From NCBI GenBank assembly GCA_002713325.1, contig PAWD01000021.1, forward strand, positions 15,535-79,534: a DNA stretch of 64,000 nucleotides. Reading direction: 5' to 3'. Positions within the stretch are counted from its first letter, which is position 1. Each line of letters starts with the position of its first letter. Below the pieces are notes generated by a model. That model was not told the DNA's origin. It saw only the letters and a list, made by a program, of their open reading frames with translations, and did no database searches. Origin of the DNA: Nitrososphaerota archaeon. Its GTDB lineage: Archaea; Thermoproteota; Nitrososphaeria; Nitrososphaerales; UBA213. A program made the position numbers and the translations under genes. Below are positions 39,201 through 47,113 of the stretch, one piece after another.

Positions 39201-40764
39201 ATTAGAATTACAGCCGAATAGCCGTAACATATTCCATGCTGTACTCGATGTGCCTGCAGATACAATACCAGGTATATACCATGGATTCATAACTGTTAAG
39301 AGTAAGAAGTATACTTCAAACGTACCAGTATCTTTTGTAGTTCCTGTTACTGTAACAACAAAAGATGTTCCTATTGTCATTTCAGGTACGGCCAAAGATG
39401 ATCTGTTATATGACAATGCGTCGATAATGGGTTCATTTGACATGCTTTCCAGGTATAACGCTGGTGATTGGAGATTTTATCACTTCAATGTAACAGATCC
39501 TACAATAAACGCATTTAACATGAAGGTCACTTGGAAGAACAACCAGACAAGTGTGAATGCAATGGTAACTGATCCCTATGGAAAGTTAATTGCATCTTCC
39601 GTACCTGCAGGCGTTTTCAAAGAGTTCGTAGGATGGGCAAGTAATGACTGGCTTGGTACTACGAGCGTCAGTCAGGGTGGAGGTTTCTATCCTGCTGCTA
39701 ACCAAGGAACAAACTCTTCAATACTTTATGTTCCTGTAAATACTACAGGTATGCATACTCTAATCTTGCATACGACACTCTTTCACGGGAAGGATCTTAC
39801 AGAGCCGATCTTAATCGAAACTAAATTTACTACATTGTTACCTGATATAGAATCGCCAATCATTTCAATAGACTTTCCAGAATATGTGAGAGGAATAGTA
39901 GATATACCTGTTGATATAGTTGAAGAAAATTTTGCGAGTGCTACTTACTCTATAAATGGATCTGGTGAACACACTTTAGATAAGAATGGAAGTATAACAT
40001 TAGATACCAAAAACATGGTCGATGGTGTCAATATGTTGAACATGGTAGTATCTGATACTGTAGGTCATAGTGTATACAAGGACATATTATTTACCATTGA
40101 TAATATTCAACCAGAATTAAAGTTTAGAAGTCCCGAAAATGATACTTCTGTATCTGGTAAGGTTGATATTGTTCTGGATGTGTTTGATTTAACATTAAAG
40201 AATTTCAGTATTACGTTACCTAACGGAACAAAGATTGATAATAGAAATGATTTCACTTTTGATACCAATAGCATAGCAGATGGAGATTATCAGCTATTTA
40301 CGCTAGCAGAGGATAGATCTGGTAATATTACAGAAAAAGATATAATGTTCAATATTGACAATATTCCACCAAGAATCAGCATAAGCAGTCCAAGCGATGG
40401 TGCAAAATTAGGAGGTACTGTGAATATAGAATATGATATTAAAGAAAGGAGTATTAATAATGCAAAAATCCTTGTGGGAGAAAGATCTATAGATATTGTT
40501 GGAGATTATGGTTCGTATATGCTAGATACTACTCTATTGGTTGATAATGAATATGTATTACAGATCATAGCACAAGACGAGGCTGGTAACACGAACTCTA
40601 CATCTATCAATATTGTAGTTGAGAACTTAGGACCCATGTTGTTAGAGATGCAAATAATGGCTGTTGTGATAGGTCTTGCAATAGGTACTGGGATAACTAC
40701 CATTGTATTACTAGCCAAGTATAGAAAGCGAAATGTAGAGATCCCATATGATCAACAGAGATGA
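36283..40764 (+). CDS. Very large membrane-anchored subtilisin-like (S8) serine protease
   Basis: 1,493 aa, GTG start. Catalytic D162 (VAIVDTGTD), H432 (GHGTSSAAS), N510 (NNSWG) and S657 (GGTSMAAPL). ~270-aa insert between Asp and His. Three Ig-like repeats near the C-terminus (IDNIQPELKF.., IDNIPPRISI..). C-terminal TM helix followed by KYRKR. Confidence 0.88.
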   Translation: MYITIINYKVISIILSAILLGGFLQVQNAIALYENDSLNNVIPNDFPLRTSSELLDLSTSDISYNSDVIRVMIKGHGKAENINDLAHITHQLKTKDGYIAFGTTTTLNLPLLRSQGLEVINDVRLDFDQVKEASRVGEILGSEFASKDFGVTGKDVKVAIVDTGTDFSNKDLMHAVARDVDGKPIMLDADGQGIVLTKTKFIANITPGGILMNSTLPNDADEFTGNVYITDDGVFLNLQHQTNGTKFEIYNSIYPLVSPLILNATSNKDWKIGEDSTDFIRSKSDTYHMGFVLQVQFHLGRAGLIIVPVLVVDSEKAGVYDTIIGDMSSSWADFSKFELKKSDAEFDFSFTDEEHIKLGNNNESLIYDADKDGSIDLSAGMVGAYVLDVWGALEEDDKAEIDDYLGAINGTLAKPIDPNGRYFGMMFDFLGHGTSSAASIASRGQELYDIYNNSTEYRLKGAAPDTKIIPVKALWYGDIVYGWLWASGFDQEENDHWYYTGRHRADIINNSWGISKFPVLDYGPGYDVVSILSSLLSVPGTFNESFPGTLMVNSAGNTGFGYGTLGPPSSSPFALTVGATTNNVFVGYGFTKEEPRFGNSTTFYDDIAQFSSRGPSMFGDVKPEVMSVGAYGFVPLPVNAKHRINATGPFGLFGGTSMAAPLTAGAAALVMEALKNEEMEVNPFIIKSILMSTASDLGSDPFTQGSGKVDVSNAIDYIKGGDRRFLVYTNDTYHNIAGLLKKPIESYEFNNFVNDVILPEREFQNTKWYAEYVNSNSSKETTFTVENRSDRAFTVDIQPTTLHLLKEHRINGTTDVRKKDPVLNSNTTGFAPNYINLSEKMKIPEDTEVIVVKAYFPFESFLNSTETIYADSLRIASLYFYDWNDKNDDQEVSFNELSMVNRGGSWGTVQEVTIRDPLNRIQHTPLIGIYPVPTLYSYWSGNTNQNSTAMNYTLSVAFYKKSPWEVLSIDTEKLELQPNSRNIFHAVLDVPADTIPGIYHGFITVKSKKYTSNVPVSFVVPVTVTTKDVPIVISGTAKDDLLYDNASIMGSFDMLSRYNAGDWRFYHFNVTDPTINAFNMKVTWKNNQTSVNAMVTDPYGKLIASSVPAGVFKEFVGWASNDWLGTTSVSQGGGFYPAANQGTNSSILYVPVNTTGMHTLILHTTLFHGKDLTEPILIETKFTTLLPDIESPIISIDFPEYVRGIVDIPVDIVEENFASATYSINGSGEHTLDKNGSITLDTKNMVDGVNMLNMVVSDTVGHSVYKDILFTIDNIQPELKFRSPENDTSVSGKVDIVLDVFDLTLKNFSITLPNGTKIDNRNDFTFDTNSIADGDYQLFTLAEDRSGNITEKDIMFNIDNIPPRISISSPSDGAKLGGTVNIEYDIKERSINNAKILVGERSIDIVGDYGSYMLDTTLLVDNEYVLQIIAQDEAGNTNSTSINIVVENLGPMLLEMQIMAVVIGLAIGTGITTIVLLAKYRKRNVEIPYDQQR

Positions 40765-40796
40765 GAGAACGTTTATAAATTTAGTTTTAAGTTTTT

Positions 40797-41417
40797 ATGT
40801 TCATTATGAGCAAGCAGCCTTCAGAAAAGGACGGCAAGCTCTCTAGACGTGATTTTCTTAAAATTGTGGCAGCTGCTGGTACTATCATGACATTTACGCC
40901 TTTCATAGATTGGGGTAAGTTCATGCCCAATCCTGCCGGTACAAGCACTGAACGTGCAAAGGTTATATTACCAGATTCCACACAGGCTAATGTCAATACG
41001 TTTCCAGTAAATTATTCTGAAGCAGTAATATATCCAACTACAGGTGATAGAGTATTGGACGAGGAACCGTTCAGGCGTTGGCAGTTCATACGTTTACCTT
41101 CAGAGTTTGGAGGCGATAAAAATGATGTTTCTGCATTCCGTGCATTTAGTATGGTATGCTTGCATCTATGGTGTTTATGGAAGTACTACCCTGACGAAAA
41201 GAAGAAGAGGGGAGAATGTCCTTGTCATGGTAGTATGTATGATGCTAGGAACGGAAAGGCAGTAGCAGGACCAGCAGCATTGCAAGCACCCCCTTCAAAT
41301 GTATTACCTAAATTGGATCTAGAGGTTGATAGTGACGGATTTTTATGGATCCCATCTGCTGTATGGAATGTAAACTCAAATGGAATAGTTGGATATGGTC
41401 GCTTCATTAGAGACTGA
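40797..41417 (+). CDS. Rieske [2Fe-2S] protein of the complex-III-like module
   Basis: Tat-like SRRDFLKIVAAAG. Rieske boxes CLHLWC and CPCHGSMY. Confidence 0.9.
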   Translation: MFIMSKQPSEKDGKLSRRDFLKIVAAAGTIMTFTPFIDWGKFMPNPAGTSTERAKVILPDSTQANVNTFPVNYSEAVIYPTTGDRVLDEEPFRRWQFIRLPSEFGGDKNDVSAFRAFSMVCLHLWCLWKYYPDEKKKRGECPCHGSMYDARNGKAVAGPAALQAPPSNVLPKLDLEVDSDGFLWIPSAVWNVNSNGIVGYGRFIRD

Positions 41418-42963
41418 GAATGGTATAGTAAGGTTCTTCACATGGCTTTGGGCTGGCCTAGAACGAACTCTGTTTCTTGGTATGAAGTTCACTTTTCCAT
41501 CTAGATTTGTAAGTCCGTTGGGATTTTTAGGAATGTTAACATTCATCACTTTTATCATTTTAGGAATAACCGGAGCATTACTGATGTTCTATTATGAACC
41601 TATACTCGATAGGGCATGGGACAGTGTTGAAAGGATCAATGATGTTATACCCTATGGATTTCACATAAGGAATATACATTATCATGCATCGAATGCAATG
41701 GTCTTTCTTGCTCTAGCGCACATGTATTATCAATACTTCAGTGGGAGGTACAAGATCAGGAATGAGGTGTTATGGGTTACTGGTATACTTTTAGGAACTG
41801 TAACTATATTAGAGGCATTTACAGGTTATGATATTCTTTATAATGAAAGAGCCGAACTTGCAATTAGCATTGCTGCATCTTTAACTAACTCCATACCAGT
41901 AATGGGTCCAGATATAGTTAGTGCAATCTTTGGCTCTGGATTTGCTGATTTCGTGCTTAGGTTCTATGCATTGCATGTATTCATACTACCAATAGTAATG
42001 CTCGGTTTAATGGCAGTTCATTTTCCACGTTTTCTTGTATTTGACGTACCTATGGTGATGGCAATATCAGGTGCAATATTCATAACTGGTGGTGTATTTC
42101 CTGTTGAGCTTGGTGTAAAGTTCGAACCCTCGAGCCCGCCTGGTGTAACCGTTCCAGAATGGTATCTTACAGGATTGTACGCATTCCTTAGAACACAGTT
42201 CGACAAGTTCGTAACTGGTGTATTATGGCCTGGGCTCTTCATAGGCGCATTGCTTCTGATACCTTTTATGGACAAATACAAAAAGTTCTCTTGGAAAGAT
42301 AGACCGTTGATAACAGCCATAGGAATAACAAGTCTAGCACAGATACTTGTGACAACCTACTGGGGATTCTATATAGATCCTGATATACTAAAATCATTAA
42401 CGGAAAGACTCGTAATTGATCCAATAGTATTCTATACAGTTATGATATTATTAGTTCCATTATCGTTTGGATTTACATATATGATGATAAAGTTAGCAAA
42501 ACATTCTGAGTATAGAAAAAAGATTGAGGCAGCAGAGAGGAAAGCTGCAGGGGAAACTAGAAGAGGAATCAACTTGCCGGAGAACTGGTCGTGGTTAATA
42601 TTGATTACATTGCTGATATTCCAAGTTTATCTAAATATCTCGGCATATTACGCTGGTGCTGTAGGATTCAGGAATGTAGAACTGTTCTTGGTAGGCCTAA
42701 TACTGTTAACATTTGCTGGTATATTTCATGTGTATAGATACAGCAGTCAGCAGGCAAAGTTTAAACCAAAACCTCCAAAAACAGATACAAAAGAAATAAA
42801 ATCTACAATACAGGAAAAGTCCAAACCAATAATTGTGGAAGTACCACATAAGGATCCATCACAGTTAACGATTACAAGTGATAGTCAAAGAGCCATATCT
42901 CCAGAAACCACAATACAAACTCCAAGCAATATTATAGAAACTGAGGATAGGACAAATACATAA
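41389..42963 (+). CDS. Cytochrome b (fused b6/subunit-IV type) with extra C-terminal TM helices and hydrophilic tail
   Basis: 524 aa, polytopic. Conserved His-containing helices (HYHASNAMVF.., FYALHVFILP). Overlaps the Rieske gene by 29 nt. Confidence 0.85.
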   Translation: MDMVASLETENGIVRFFTWLWAGLERTLFLGMKFTFPSRFVSPLGFLGMLTFITFIILGITGALLMFYYEPILDRAWDSVERINDVIPYGFHIRNIHYHASNAMVFLALAHMYYQYFSGRYKIRNEVLWVTGILLGTVTILEAFTGYDILYNERAELAISIAASLTNSIPVMGPDIVSAIFGSGFADFVLRFYALHVFILPIVMLGLMAVHFPRFLVFDVPMVMAISGAIFITGGVFPVELGVKFEPSSPPGVTVPEWYLTGLYAFLRTQFDKFVTGVLWPGLFIGALLLIPFMDKYKKFSWKDRPLITAIGITSLAQILVTTYWGFYIDPDILKSLTERLVIDPIVFYTVMILLVPLSFGFTYMMIKLAKHSEYRKKIEAAERKAAGETRRGINLPENWSWLILITLLIFQVYLNISAYYAGAVGFRNVELFLVGLILLTFAGIFHVYRYSSQQAKFKPKPPKTDTKEIKSTIQEKSKPIIVEVPHKDPSQLTITSDSQRAISPETTIQTPSNIIETEDRTNT

Positions 42964-43052
42964 TAATCCTTTCTACAACTTACAGAAGTACCTGAATCAT
43001 CAGAAAAAGTTATATCGATATCTACGGTTGTCACAGATTTGTTTTCATCTTC

Positions 43053-43295
43053 TTAATTTTCTTCCATATCAACACATAGTAAAATCCTAGTATTTGCAAC
43101 TCCTCTTATTACTTGTATCTTCCGCATCATAAGTTCATAGATACTCTTAAAGTCAGATGCCTCAACAGCTGCAAATATATAACATTTATCAGAAACTGCA
43201 TGTGCTTCTATAACACCTTCGATCTGTCTGATAAACTCAGCTGATGCTATTACATCTCTACCAGATTCAATATCGATCTCAACATAAGCACGCAT
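43053..43295 (-). CDS. Stand-alone Lrp/AsnC ligand-binding (RAM) domain protein
   Basis: 80 aa with a beta-alpha-beta-beta-alpha-beta pattern (AYVEIDIESG....IEGVIEAHAVSD.CYIFAAVE..). No HTH domain. Confidence 0.6.
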   Translation of the reverse strand: MRAYVEIDIESGRDVIASAEFIRQIEGVIEAHAVSDKCYIFAAVEASDFKSIYELMMRKIQVIRGVANTRILLCVDMEEN

Positions 43296-43401
43296 AGATC
43301 AAATAAATCTAGTAATAGTGTAGAATAAAAGTATAAGGATGAAAAAAATTGTATATAAAGCAACGAAGCTTTATAAGGGAAAAATTCTACATAATAATTG
43401 A

Positions 43402-43875
43402 ATGGCTGCAGCGCAGAGACACAGCCCCTTTGGTGTAGGTGTCATAGCATTTGTGTTAGCAGTGAGTGTGAGTATAGGATTCTATATATTTGCATATCTT
43501 CCAGTTATTACTGCAAGACCTCAAATACCTGAAGAGATACTTGAACCAGAAAAAACAATAGAGATCTTGATTATTGCTGGTTCTGCAGATCCTGAACAGG
43601 AGCAAAATTATATACAGAAACGAGTTGAAGTACAGCTTGGTTTTGATAACAAAGTAATATGGATCAATAAGGATACTACAGCACATACAGTTACTACAGA
43701 TAATAATGTCATCGATAAATACAGTGGACTTTTTGATTCACTTGAAACTGTGGGTCTAGTAAAACCAGGAGAATCGTGGGAGTTTCTATTTACTCAAGAA
43801 GGAGAGTTTCCATATCATTGTGAACCTCATCCATGGATGAAGGGTTTAGTGAAGGTCATCAAGCAAAAATTCTAG
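43402..43875 (+). CDS. Membrane-anchored plastocyanin-like blue copper protein
   Basis: N-terminal TM helix. Type-1 Cu ligands H (TAHTVT) and C-x2-H-x4-M (YHCEPHPWMKG). Confidence 0.85.
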   Translation: MAAAQRHSPFGVGVIAFVLAVSVSIGFYIFAYLPVITARPQIPEEILEPEKTIEILIIAGSADPEQEQNYIQKRVEVQLGFDNKVIWINKDTTAHTVTTDNNVIDKYSGLFDSLETVGLVKPGESWEFLFTQEGEFPYHCEPHPWMKGLVKVIKQKF

Positions 43876-43962
43876 AATCAATCTCATAATATAGTAAATT
43901 ATCGAACAAATGAGAACAAAGTGCCGAATCATTTATAATTTAGACAACCAATAAAAAATTAC

Positions 43963-45372
43963 ATGCAACATGTTCCTATTGTTATAGCTATAAGTGTAAT
44001 CCTAGTAACCAGTCTTGGATTAAATTCTGTTGTCGGTGTTTCTACTATTAAGACATCATTAAATCTTAACGATCTATCTGATTTCCCTATTACACAGGGA
44101 GAAGAAATGATCTTCAGCGGGAGATTGACCAAAGCTACAACTTCAGCTGGTATTGTGGATGCTAATATTGTTATAGTACATAATATATCTTTTAACAATA
44201 ATAAAATACTTGTACAAGGTTTGACAGATGCTAATGGTTACTATTCGATCCCATGGGTTATTGATGTGGAGAAGATAGAACCGAAAACAGGTGGTTCATT
44301 TGGCACAGATTCTACTCAGGGAAGAGAAAAAAGATTCCAGGTTAATGTCTTCGCACAGTTTAACGATAATGATCAATTTCAACATTCTGTAAGTGGGTCA
44401 CAGTCTTTTGAAGTTAGACTAAACCAGCTCAAGATATCTGTAGAAAAGAAGGTACAATATCTAGCCTTTGAAAGTTCCATTATACGAATACGTATCACAG
44501 ATAATAATAATTCTCTACTAGACCCTGATATATTGTCTTCATTCTATGATAATATACCGATAACACTTGTTCATGACGGATTAGGAATGTATTCGTTTAC
44601 AATCTCCTCCTTAACAGCAGGATTACATTCATTCAAGGTAATCGCTGAAAAGTCAGGCCATGTAACAGATGACCAATTGGTCACTATAGAGGTGTTGAAA
44701 CGAAAAACTGCATTGGTTATTCATTCCAAATCAACATACGAACAAGGAGAGACTATCGTGATATCTGTAAATCTGTTGGACAAAAATATTAATTCATTAA
44801 TACCTGACAAACCTATAATAGTATCTCTTAAAGCTCCAAATCATGTAGTTAATCCGCTAACATCAGTTAATGGAAAAATAACGTATGTTCTTACTAAATT
44901 CGACGCAATAGGTAAATGGTCAATTTCCGTAAATTTTGCAGGTGATAGTGCATACTCTAGCTCATCGAAATCTATCTCTTTTGTAGTCGAAAGAGAGAAA
45001 AGTGTTGTGAAGCCATCTTTACCTATAGAGAAAATTTCTGTGGAAGAGATAGGTCTGGTAGATCAACAAGGTTCTATGATGCATAATATATCTGTCGGAC
45101 AACAGGTTGTAATTCAGTCAAAGGTAAATAGTAATTTCGATGCAGATGAGGAGATAACTTACATTAGTCAGGTAAAGAATATTGATGATATCACAGTATC
45201 ACTTTCATGGATCACTACTACAATTTCTCCGGAACAGTCACTTGAGATCGCAATATCATGGCTTCCCTACAAACCTGGAGAATATAGGGTAGAAGTGTTT
45301 GTATGGGATGACATACAAACTCCCGAACCGCTTTCATTTGAGGTTAAACGTTCAACAATAGTTGTAAATTAG
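43963..45372 (+). CDS. Secreted multi-beta-sandwich protein carrying the shared C-terminal module
   Basis: 469 aa with an N-terminal hydrophobic signal. The C-terminal 106 aa (45052..45369) align with the C-termini of the 28241 and 61430 proteins. Confidence 0.7.
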   Translation: MQHVPIVIAISVILVTSLGLNSVVGVSTIKTSLNLNDLSDFPITQGEEMIFSGRLTKATTSAGIVDANIVIVHNISFNNNKILVQGLTDANGYYSIPWVIDVEKIEPKTGGSFGTDSTQGREKRFQVNVFAQFNDNDQFQHSVSGSQSFEVRLNQLKISVEKKVQYLAFESSIIRIRITDNNNSLLDPDILSSFYDNIPITLVHDGLGMYSFTISSLTAGLHSFKVIAEKSGHVTDDQLVTIEVLKRKTALVIHSKSTYEQGETIVISVNLLDKNINSLIPDKPIIVSLKAPNHVVNPLTSVNGKITYVLTKFDAIGKWSISVNFAGDSAYSSSSKSISFVVEREKSVVKPSLPIEKISVEEIGLVDQQGSMMHNISVGQQVVIQSKVNSNFDADEEITYISQVKNIDDITVSLSWITTTISPEQSLEIAISWLPYKPGEYRVEVFVWDDIQTPEPLSFEVKRSTIVVN

Positions 45373-45441
45373 TAAAAAACTAACAGATTTCTTTTTAGAA
45401 AGCGTATTTGATATATTATTATTAATTTTATTATTTACCAT

Positions 45442-45621
45442 TTAATTAATCAAAAATATGTTTGTTTTTTTAACAATGGAAAACACTATTTGATTATCAA
45501 GTATCATTAAAACGAATATCTCAATACTGAATTCATCAGGTCGTTTAAATATCCATGATAAAGAAGTTTCTACATTTTGATTTAGAAAAACAGAAAAGTC
45601 CAATTGTGTACTAAGTGTTAT
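45442..45621 (-). pseudogene. Truncated, internally deleted copy of the shared C-terminal module
   Basis: Translation ITLSTQLDFSVFLNQNVETSLSWIFKRPDEFSIEIFVLMILDNQIVFSIVKKTNIFLIN matches ..SLSW.., E[YF].[VI]E[VI]FV....DN and the ..VK[RK][ST].I..N terminus of the intact copies. It ends 5 nt from the tRNA-Arg 3' end. Confidence 0.45.
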
Positions 45622-45626
45622 TACAG

Positions 45627-45753
45627 CGGGCCCGGAGGGCTTCGATCCCTCGACCTCTGGCTTAGAAGGCAAGCGCTCTATCCAAACTGAGATATGCTAT
45701 TTGTAACATACCGTTTCAGGGTTTTTTGTTAAACCAAACTGAGCTACGGGCCC
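45627..45753 (-). tRNA. tRNA-Arg(UCU) with 52-nt insert in the D loop flanked by a 10-nt direct repeat
   Basis: GGGCCCG-TA-GCTC-AGTTTGG[52 nt]ATA-GAGC-G-CTTGC-CTTCTAA-GCCAG-AGGTC-GAGGG-ATCGAAG-CCCTC-CGGGCCC-G. CTCAGTTTGG occurs on both sides of the insert (plus-strand 45682-45691 and 45734-45743). Confidence 0.8.
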
Positions 45754-45802
45754 AGTAATTATGATTGAGTTACTATAATTATAACTTTCTATGATTTTAT
45801 TA

Positions 45803-46639
45803 TTAATTTTTATTATTTCTGAAATAACAGTATAAGTATTGTTGCGCGTAACCTGCGTAGACACCAAAATATCCACGCATTTTTGACGAAATTATACTGT
45901 ATACTTTAGGTGTGATTTTTTCCCCATTTAGTTCTGACTCAAACATATATGCATAATATCTTATAATTGTCCTTGCTATCCATACATCTATTGGAAAGGA
46001 ATCAAGTTTTTCTAGAGAAAACAAAAGAATACAATCTGCGACCTTTTGTCCTACTCCTAAAAAGTCTATGAGCTCTTTCTTAGCATTTTGATAGTTTTTA
46101 CGTCTAAGAGAGTCAAAATCGATTTTCCCGTTTAGAACAGTCATTGCAGCTCTCTGTATGAACCGTGCTCTATAACCAACACTACATCTATAGAGTTCAT
46201 TTAGGCTCGCATTCGCAAGTCTTTTGGGTTCTGGAAAAGTGTGAAACTTTAAACCACAATATTCCACACTATCACCGAAATTTACACATATGTTTGTGAG
46301 CATGCGTTTTATCATGGGAATGTTTGTATTGGTAGCACATATGAAAGAGATCAAGCACTGATAAGGATCCTGTCTCATTAATCGCAAACCTCTCATCTTT
46401 GATAAAACATCCTTCATAATACAATCTTTAGATATTTTCTTAGTTATATGATGCAAGTCATCATCAAATCTGAATATTCTACTATAATCAAGTCTTTCTG
46501 GATAGGAGGAATATTTTAGGTTGTTTTCACTTTCGGATATCTTGATTATGTTATCTCTCTCAACGCCGTACCAGGATCCATTAATTTTATCCCATAGGAA
46601 TACCTGTCCACTATCAACTGTAAGATTAAGGTTAAAGCA
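45803..46639 (-). CDS. ogg: 8-oxoguanine DNA glycosylase/AP lyase (Ogg1-like, HhH-GPD); 5' end unresolved
   Basis: HhH-GPD motif LGVGQKVADCILLF...FPIDVWI. The N-terminal-domain motif FNLNLTVDSGQVFLW is encoded in the same frame, upstream of the ORF-track start (TTG 46456). There is no ATG/GTG/TTG in frame between 46456 and the stop at 46685-46687. Confidence 0.75.
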   Translation of the reverse strand, partial: CFNLNLTVDSGQVFLWDKINGSWYGVERDNIIKISESENNLKYSSYPERLDYSRIFRFDDDLHHITKKISKDCIMKDVLSKMRGLRLMRQDPYQCLISFICATNTNIPMIKRMLTNICVNFGDSVEYCGLKFHTFPEPKRLANASLNELYRCSVGYRARFIQRAAMTVLNGKIDFDSLRRKNYQNAKKELIDFLGVGQKVADCILLFSLEKLDSFPIDVWIARTIIRYYAYMFESELNGEKITPKVYSIISSKMRGYFGVYAGYAQQYLYCYFRNNKN

Positions 46640-46828
46640 TGAGATATTATTTATCAGTACAAATATCCATATTAGTATATGTTTTTAAATTGATGGTTCA
46701 ACCAACATACTATAATTTCAATATATAAGATATTCCACTAGATGGAATATGATAGAGGTAAAAATAATAAAGAAACCCAAGATCTTGTACGAGTTTTGGA
46801 TTGTTAGATATCTATGTATTTAATATCT

Positions 46829-47020
46829 TCATTGATTATGAAGTGATTGAAGATCTCTGTTAAGTAGATCTATTATCTTTTGAATCTCCTTAGGTGCGCA
46901 TTGCAAACAGTAGCGCTGAAACGAGCTTGGAATGGTAAAATACTTTTCTCTGTATTCTATAGTTTTTCTACAAGCAGTACATGCTGGCGGCTTAACAGTG
47001 TTGAGGTTCTTGATAATCAT
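46829..47020 (-). CDS. Small zinc-ribbon-like protein
   Basis: 63 aa with CTAC...CLQC (two CxxC pairs). Confidence 0.5.
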   Translation of the reverse strand: MIIKNLNTVKPPACTACRKTIEYREKYFTIPSSFQRYCLQCAPKEIQKIIDLLNRDLQSLHNQ

Positions 47021-47113
47021 AAGTGATATTTAGAGAATGGAGGGTTATATGACTTCCATGAAGATCATTAGCTGACAATAGAGATATTAAGAGCATAAAA
47101 GGTTAAAGTATTC

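Noticed and set aside
41044-41265. 73-aa alternative-frame ORF inside the Rieske gene, and similar internal ORFs (52218..52963 minus-strand set inside the GTPase gene, 57241..57606 inside the MgtE-like gene).
   Set aside because: Embedded in genes with clear family motifs; no independent support.
45622-45672. N-terminal 17 codons (MPSKPEVEGSKPSGPAV) of ORF-track entry 45442..45672.
   Set aside because: This part is merely the open frame running through tRNA-Arg. Only the portion 45442..45621 shows protein-level similarity and is reported as a remnant.
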